64,000 nt of DNA from Octopus vulgaris (lineage: Eukaryota). Under the pieces are notes generated by a model. It saw only the letters and a list, made by a program, of their open reading frames with translations. It was not told where the DNA came from and searched no databases. Made by a program: the position numbers and the translations under genes. This document shows positions 56,142 through 64,000 of this stretch, piece after piece (positions within the stretch are counted from its first letter, which is position 1; each line of letters begins with the position of its first letter). The stretch is taken from positions 18,352,001-18,416,000 of the forward strand of contig OX597825.1 of NCBI GenBank assembly GCA_951406725.2. Reading direction: 5' to 3'.

Positions 56142-56329
56142 GTGTGTGTGTAAATACGTATGTATATATACACACACACACGACGAGTTTCTTTTAGTTT
56201 CTGTCAACCTAATCGGCCAGCGCTATAATAAACACTCTCCAAAATTACCCCGTAGTGGGACCGAACACCGAAATTAAGTGTTTGGTAAGCCAACTTGTTA
56301 TCACACCCACACTCAGACAAGACAGAAAA

Positions 56330-56697
<368 letters not shown>

Positions 56698-57094
56698 GAG
56701 AGAAAGAGAGAGCGCGCATGTCATAGATGGGAGGCAGACAGCCAAATTCATACATCATTGTGGTACGTGCTCATAAGGAACGTGGTTGAGCAACTTGGAA
56801 AACAGAGCACTACAGCCGTAGGTGTTTACACACCCGCATATATATACATATATATATATATATATACCCATTAATATTTTGATGGACTCTTTCTCAGTAT
56901 AACATGTACATACATTCATACATAAGTAGAAAGGGACTGACATAAAGGCATATTTTCCTAACTAAGGAGTTTCCGTTCGTTCTAGCGATCTGTTTGTCTT
57001 TCGAAGCTTCCGATATTTATGCTTGTGTAGATACACGCGCATAGGCATGCGCGCGCTCATACATATATATATCATGTTTTCGTTATGGTCGGAT

Positions 57095-57518
57095 TGTTTC
57101 TGTCATTAGACCGCGGCCATGCTGGGGCTCTGCTTTAAAGAATTTTTATCAAATGAATCGAACCCAGTAATTGTTTTTTTTTTTTGTTGTTGTTTTGTTT
57201 TTTTAAGCCTGGTACTTTATTCTATCGGAATCTTTTGCCGAACCGTCGATTTATAGGGACGTAAACATACCAACACCCGTTGTGAAGTGGTGGTTGGGAA
57301 CACAGAGAGAAAGATCCACACACGCACATGCACGCTCACACACACACACACATATATATATATACACACGTACACGATGGGTTTTTTTCAGTTTGTGTCT
57401 ACTAAACCCAATCGCAAGGACTTGGTCCACCCGAAGCTACTGAAAAAGATAGTGCCCTGTTGTGGAATTGAACGCGGAACCATAAGGTTCAGAAACAAGC
57501 TTCTTACCAAACAGCCAC
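57095..57518 (-). mobile_element. SINE family A, degraded
   Basis: 'cgcggccatgctgggg', 'cttttgccgaaccg', 'aagcttcttaccaaacagccac'. Confidence 0.75.
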
Positions 57519-58011
57519 CCCTTGGCTATTACACGCACACACACACACAAGCCTTTTGTATATGTATTTGTGGTGTGTGTGCGTTGTCATTTCTGTATCT
57601 ATACAAAATGTATGTATAAACTTTTTCTGTTCATAAAAACCAATCGGACACAAATGCATACTGAGATATATTTATCTATCTATCGATCGATCGATCGATC
57701 TTCTTATATGTGTATGTTTGTGCGCGCGTGTGTGTGTGTTTACATGCTTAATTGCGTGTCTATGTGGGTGTGCATGTGGTGTTGTTCATTTATATTTCTA
57801 CGAATGCAACAGGACTCATTAAAGCGTATCGGATACCATAAACTTTTCTTTATGTTTCGTTACTAAATGAAATTCCTACATGGTCGACTTATTGACCACC
57901 AGTTTCTTGTTCAGTCCCACATACTAAGATGGTCATTAATTTCATAAACACAATACCACAAAATCCTAGGCACTTGCATCCGTCCTATAGGATGACCAGC
58001 GCATGCATATA

Positions 58012-58071
<60 letters not shown>

Positions 58072-58465
58072 ATATATATTACCCACACACTGATACATAC
58101 ACACCCACCCACCCACACACATAGCTGTATAACTGAGTTGTGAGAGACCGCCTTCCAGACCACGTGGTTTCGGGTTCAGTCCCACTGCGTGGCATCTTGA
58201 GCAAATTACTTCTACTATAGCCCTGGGCCGATTAAAGTCTCGGGTGTGGATTTGGTGGACAGAAACTGACTGGAGCCCCCCATATACGTTTGTGTGCGTG
58301 TGTGTTTGTGTGTGTCTGAATTTGTCCTATTCTCCGACCCCACCTCCCCGCCAACGCCGTCTAACAACCAGTGTTGGTGTGTTTACGTCCCTCGTAAAGT
58401 AGTGGTTCGGGAACATAAATCGATAGAATAATAAGTATGAGGCTTGAGGAAAACATAAATATTAT

Positions 58466-58650
58466 GCGCAGGAGTGGCTGTGTGGTAAGTAGCTTGCTTA
58501 CCAACCACATGGTTCCGGGTTCAGTCCCACGGCGTGGTACCTTGAGCAAGTGTCTTCTACTATAGCCTCGGGGCGACCAATACCTTGTGAGTGGATTTGG
58601 TAGACGGAAACTGAAAGAAACCCGTCGTATATATGTATATATATATATAC

Positions 58651-58695
<45 letters not shown>

Positions 58696-58908
58696 CATTT
58701 ATGTTTGTGTGTCTGTGTTTGTCCCCCAAGCATTGCTTGACAACCGATGCTGGTGTGTTTATGTCCCCGTCACTTAGCGGTTCGGCAAAAGAGACCAATA
58801 GAATAAGTACTGGGCTTACAAAAGAATAAGTCCCCGGATTCGAGTTGCTCGATTTAAAGGCGGTGCTCCAGCATGGCCGCAGTCAAATGACTGTAACAAG
58901 TAAAAGAG
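58466..58908 (+). mobile_element. Full-length young SINE family A nested in an older family A copy (~58122-58982)
   Basis: A box TGGCTGTGTGG, B box GGTTCAGTCCC, CORE-like 'accttgagcaagtgtcttc', internal (TA)n(TG)n and tail 'ggcggtgctccagcatggccgcagtcaaatgactgtaacaagtaaaaga'. The host tail resumes at ~58920. Confidence 0.9.
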
Positions 58909-59345
58909 AAAAAAAAAGAGATTCATTCGACTAAAACACTCTTCAAGGCAGTGCCCCAGCATGGCCGCAGACAAATGACTGTATCGATATGTGTAGAGCG
59001 GGAAAGAGATCGGGAAAGAGAGAGAGAGAGAGCAAGTGATTTCGTAGTCCTGCCCCGCCAATTTCTGACGCTCTCCAGCCACGACGGTAGAAACTTGGGA
59101 ATGATGCTGGAAACGTTTCCTCCTCAATGCTTACCTTTCCGTATTCGTCCGTTTTTATTTTCCTTCATTCTCTCCTTTGCTTTTCAGCTGTTGCTTGATC
59201 GTTTTCATACATGTGCGTTTGTGTGCGCGCGTGTGCGTTTGTGTGTGTATGTATGTTTGGGTGCGATAGATATACATATGGTTCTGTATGTATGTGTGTG
59301 TATTCGTAATTATATGTAATTCTATAACCTGTATAAAAGTGTGTT

Positions 59346-59790
<445 letters not shown>

Positions 59791-59822
59791 TTTACTCATT
59801 TCATTCATTAGACTGTGGCCAC

Positions 59823-60039
59823 AGGGCGGCGAGCTGCCAGAAACGTTAGCAAGCCGGGCGAAATGCTTAGCAGTATTTTTACTCTGTCTTTACGGTATGA
59901 GTTCAAATTCCGCCGAGGCCATCTTTGCATTTCACCCTTTCGGGGGTCGATAAATTAAGTACCAGTTGCGTACTGGTTCGATCAAATCGACTGGCCTCCT
60001 CCCCCAAAATTTCGGTACTTGTGCCTTGTAGTAGAAAAG
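59823..60039 (+). mobile_element. SINE family B (tail 2) inserted in a family A tail fragment
   Basis: 15-bp TSD ATTAGACTGTGG(C/T)CA at 59807-59821 and 60040-60054. Confidence 0.85.
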
Positions 60040-60494
60040 ATTAGACTGTGGTCATGCTGGGGCATCGCCTTCATGCTGGGACACCGCACATGTGTGTGTG
60101 TGTGTGTGTTTATGTGTGTATGGCTAGTATGATTTTTCTGATTATTATCCTACACCCGCCATCTACCCCTTCAACACTCTCCTTAATTATTTTCATGTTT
60201 CTTTTCTTTTTACCTGTAATATTTTTTATTTCGTATGCTTTTTTTCTTGATTGACTTCATTTATTTTTTCCATCTAAGTTCTCCTCGTCACTATCACGCT
60301 CTCCACCATCATCATCATCATCATTATCATCATCATCATCACCTGCTCCTTCCCCCTCTTATCCAACCACCTTCGCCAGCCTAACGTCTTTCTTTTTATT
60401 CTCATACATTCATTGACTGCTGGATTGAAGGAATCGATGCACTATCGGACGTTAAATGCACACTTCAACATCATCATCATCATCGACAACAACA

Positions 60495-62460
60495 AGGCAG
60501 AATCGTTACAGCGCCAGGCAAAATATTTAGCGGCAATTCGTCTGTTTTCAAGTTCTGAGTTCGAATTCTACCGGAGTCGACTTTGCTCTTTTCATCTTTT
60601 CAGGATCGATAAAATAAGTACCAGTAGAACAATAGAGTGGAAGTAGTCGATTTACCAATTCATCTAAAATTGCTGACTTTGGCAGAAACGTTAGTACGGC
60701 GGGAGAAATGCTTAGCGTATTTCGTCTGTCGTTACGTTCTGAGTTCAACTTCCGCTGAGGTCGACTTTGCCTTTCATCCTTTCGAGGTCAATTAAATAAG
60801 TACCAGTTACTGGGGTCAATATAATCGACTTAATCCGTTTGTCGGTCCTTGTTTGTCCACTCTGTGTTTAGTCCCTTGTGGGTAGTAAAGAAATAGGTAT
60901 TTCGTCTGTCTTTACGTTCTGAGTTCAAATTCCGCTGAGGTCGACTTTGCCTTTCATCCTTTCGAGGTCGATTAAATAAGTACCAGTTACTGGGGTCGAT
61001 ATAATCGTTACGTTGTCGAGTTTAGCAAATTCCGCCGAGGACGACTTTGCCTTTCATCCTTTCGAGGCCGATAAATTAAGTACCAGTTACGCACTGGGGT
61101 CGATGTAATCGACTTAATACCTATGTCTGTCCTTGTTTGTCCCCTCTGTGTTTAACCCCTTGTGGGTAGTAAAGAAATAGGTATTTCGTCTGTCGTTACG
61201 TTCTGAGTTCAACTTCCGCTGAGGTCGACTTTGCCTTTCATCCTTTCGAGGTCGATTAAATAAGTACCAGTTACTGGGGTCGATATAATCGACTTAATCC
61301 GTTTGTCGGTCCTTGTTTGTCCACTCTGTGTTTAGCCCCTTGTGGGTAGTAAAGAAATAGGTATTTCGTCTGTCTTTATGTTCTGAGTTCACATTCCGCC
61401 GAGGTCGACTTTGCCTTTAATCCTTTCGAGGTCGATAACATAAGTACCAGTTGAGTACTGAGTTAAATGTAATCGACTAGCCCCTTTTCCCATAATTTCA
61501 TGCTTTGTGCCTATTATAGAAAGGATTACCATTATTTTTAAGACGGCAAGCTTAGCGGTATTTCGCCCGTCGCTACGTTTTTAGTTCAAATTCTGCCGAA
61601 GCCGAATTTGCCTTTCATACTCTCGGGGCCAGTAAAACAAGTACCAGTTGAATACTGGAGTCAAAGTAATTGACTCGTCCTCTCCTCGAAAATGCTGCCC
61701 TTTTGGCAAAATTTGAAATCATTTTTATTAAGGCGGCAAGCTGGCAGAAACTTTAGCTTATCAAGCCAAATGCTTAGCGGCGTTTCGTCCGTTTGAACAT
61801 TCTGAGTTCACATGTCACCGTAGCAGAGTACTCGCCTTTGGTAACCAGAGTGTCCGAGAATATGTGAGGTGCCTGCACTCATTCTATGCAGTTCTATTCT
61901 GCTAAGAAGCGTTTTCTAAATGCATTTTCCTCATCTCTTGTATTGTGTTGTGTTATTTTCTATTTACATTTTATTTTTTAAATATACTTACACTGATGTA
62001 AATGACCGTACCACTCCGCTTTATCGAATCTTTATGTTCTGAGTTCAAATCATACGAAAGTAAACATCCTGTTCACCCTTCTGGGGGGTTGATAAAATTC
62101 GTGCGGTGTATTGGTAGAATGGTTAAAGAGTCGGTAAGAATGACTCGAAATATTCCGCCGAGGTCGACTTTGCGTTTCATCTTTTCGGGGTCGATTAAAT
62201 ATGTACCACTTACGCACTGGGGTCGATATATTCGACTTAATCCGTTTATCTGTCCTTGTTTGGCCCCTCTGTGTAGCCCCTTGTGGACAGTAAAGAAGTA
62301 AGAATCGTTAGAGCGCCGTAGAAAATGCCCCTCAGGTTTTCTTCCGATTCATTAAAATCCGAGTTCTAATACTGTGAGGAACGACTTTGTCGTTCGTTCT
62401 TTCGGTATCGATAAAAAAAGAAAAAATTGAACACTGTGGAAGGTGTAATTGATTACCCCC
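60495..62460 (+). mobile_element. Dense SINE family B cluster including a head-to-tail array of ~180-bp units (60680-61530)
   Basis: Ten or more family B cores, all on the plus strand. Junctions at 60890, 61174 and 61354. Confidence 0.9.
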
Positions 62461-63010
62461 AACCCAAACACCCGCCCCACCAAAAAAAAAAAAAAAAACA
62501 TTTCCTGCTCTTGTGCGAAAATTTGTAAGAAGTATTATTGATTTCAGTTTTATTGTTACAAAGTTATAAGCATTTTGTGCTTATTAATCTATCAAATCGA
62601 AAGAGAATCTGAAAAGAGAATAATTGCATGCTAAATGCTAATGTAGTATTTGCGTTCATCTATCTTCCCTTCAAGGTTCAAATCCCGCAGGAGCCAACAA
62701 AGTTTCCATTTCCATTCCGGCAAAAACATTTAAAAATAAATAACAACACCACGCTGGGACCGATTCCAAAGACATTACCGATCCATTAATAATAAATTCT
62801 ATAACAATTTTCTTTCCTTCTCCGTCTCTTTATATATTTTGTTTTCTGTCATTTAAAGGTTACAAATAAATATGTATGTAGACACGAAACACGCAGGCGG
62901 ACACAAACAAACGCACATGATCATGCGTAATCATCTTTCCCACTCTGTCCCTCCCTCCTCTCCTTCTCTCTCTCTTTCTCTCACGTTCACTACATCTCTC
63001 TTTATTACAG

Positions 63011-63255
63011 TATCAGGGTTATTGACCAGACAATCGGATTTTGTTATACACTGGTCACAATGCACTTCGCATCGTTTTCGCTTTCGAATGTCACCACCCG
63101 ACTGGTTAGGCAAGTAGTCCAACGTTACCCCTCACATCGGAAGACTAGTTGAGTGAACTGGGGCAACTTGAAATTAAGTGTTTTGCTCAAGAACACAACG
63201 CGTAGCCAGATCCAGGAATCGAAACCTCGATCTTACAATCATGAGTGCGTCACCA
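63011..63255 (-). mobile_element. tRNA/CORE-type SINE carrying tail B
   Basis: Core 'gagtgaactggggcaacttgaaattaagtgttttgctcaagaacacaacgcg' and tail 'ctggtcacaatgcacttcgcatcgtttt'. Confidence 0.8.
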
Positions 63256-63427
63256 CCAAATCACCAAATATCAAGCTGGTACAATAAAGTGTTTTTTGCA
63301 CGTGATTTAGACTAGTCCGGTATTATTGTTCAGAGTTTAGCAAATGTCTTTTTCTTTTCTTTTATATCTCATTAGAAGTTCCTTTTATGTTTTGTTTACT
63401 TTAGGTGGACAGCTGAAAAGTTAGGGC

Positions 63428-63910
63428 TTATAAATCTAATATTTCCCTATCCTTCCTTAATACTGGTTCCCATATGCTACTCATATCTGCACTCGGTCTG
63501 CTTAGGAGGTTGTTGTGTCCTAGCATATGTGCTGCTTCTTTCGTAATTTCCAGTGGTGTTCTCTGTCTATTATTTTAACTTCATCCCACAGTGGAAGGTG
63601 GTCTCTATTTTTTTTATACATAATCAGCTCTATATCTGATATATCAATATCTCCCTGTGTCACAGTTTTACTATGTTCGTCTAAACTTATTTTGAGAGGG
63701 CTGCATGTGTGCCTTTGTATAACCTACCACAGTTGCATGAGATAGAGTACACGCAGTTCATGGTCATATTCTCTTCTATTGGTGGTTTTATTCGAAGGAG
63801 ATATTTGCGAAGTGTTGTATTACTTGTGAATAATGCACTGACATCATATGGACCGCATATTTTTTGTATCTTTTCGGAGAGGCCTTTCGCATAGGGTAGA
63901 CATACAGTGT
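63428..63910 (-). mobile_element. Penelope-like retroelement fragment: RT thumb/linker + GIY-YIG endonuclease, frameshifted
   Basis: CLPYAKGLSEKIQKI...NCVYSISCNCGRLYKG /fs/ TCSPLKISLDEHSK...HLPLWDEVKIIDREHHWKLRK /fs/ EAAHMLGHNNLLSRPSADMSSIWEPVL..* (stop 63430-63428). This matches the LPY..G, VYxIxCxC...YxG, L..R..EH and 'IL..E.....R...EA' motifs of Penelope-like elements. Confidence 0.9.
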
Positions 63911-64000
63911 AAAGAGAGGTGATTGCTCGATGCCTAAAACATCGGGCAATGAATATAAGTAGCGGTCGTGATACCCACCACGAAGAAATGATCAAGCTCA

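Noticed and set aside
60680-61530. CRISPR-like or satellite array
   Set aside because: The units are SINE bodies with no unique spacers, the context is eukaryotic and there are no cas genes.

Overview
This is AT-rich eukaryotic DNA saturated with microsatellites, and its retroposon content points to a cephalopod, most likely Octopus (recognised from memory, not searched). Nearly all ORFs in the track are translations of (TA)n, (CA)n, (GATA)n or trinucleotide tracts and are not genes. Well-supported content: dozens of tRNA-headed SINE copies from several modular families, often nested and with visible target-site duplications (TSDs); two CR1-type LINE 3' ends; a frameshifted Penelope-like GIY-YIG fragment at the right edge; and a pogo/Tigger-type MITE. 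Weaker calls are hAT-like MITE pieces and an RTE-like 5'-UTR segment. One plausible host exon was found on the minus strand: a signal-peptide-like first coding exon (49748-49643) ending at a perfect G|GTAAGT phase-1 donor, which would make the left ~49.6 kb one large intron. The most unusual observations are: (1) a SINE that repeatedly joins its tail to the same internal nucleotide of its own family, giving 7 near-identical palindromic junctions and 180-bp units; (2) mix-and-match SINE cores and tails; (3) a degenerate type I hammerhead motif; (4) several long fold-back structures that could be dsRNA substrates. No prokaryotic-type system (CRISPR, operon) is present. Family labels A, B, C and tail labels are my own working names.
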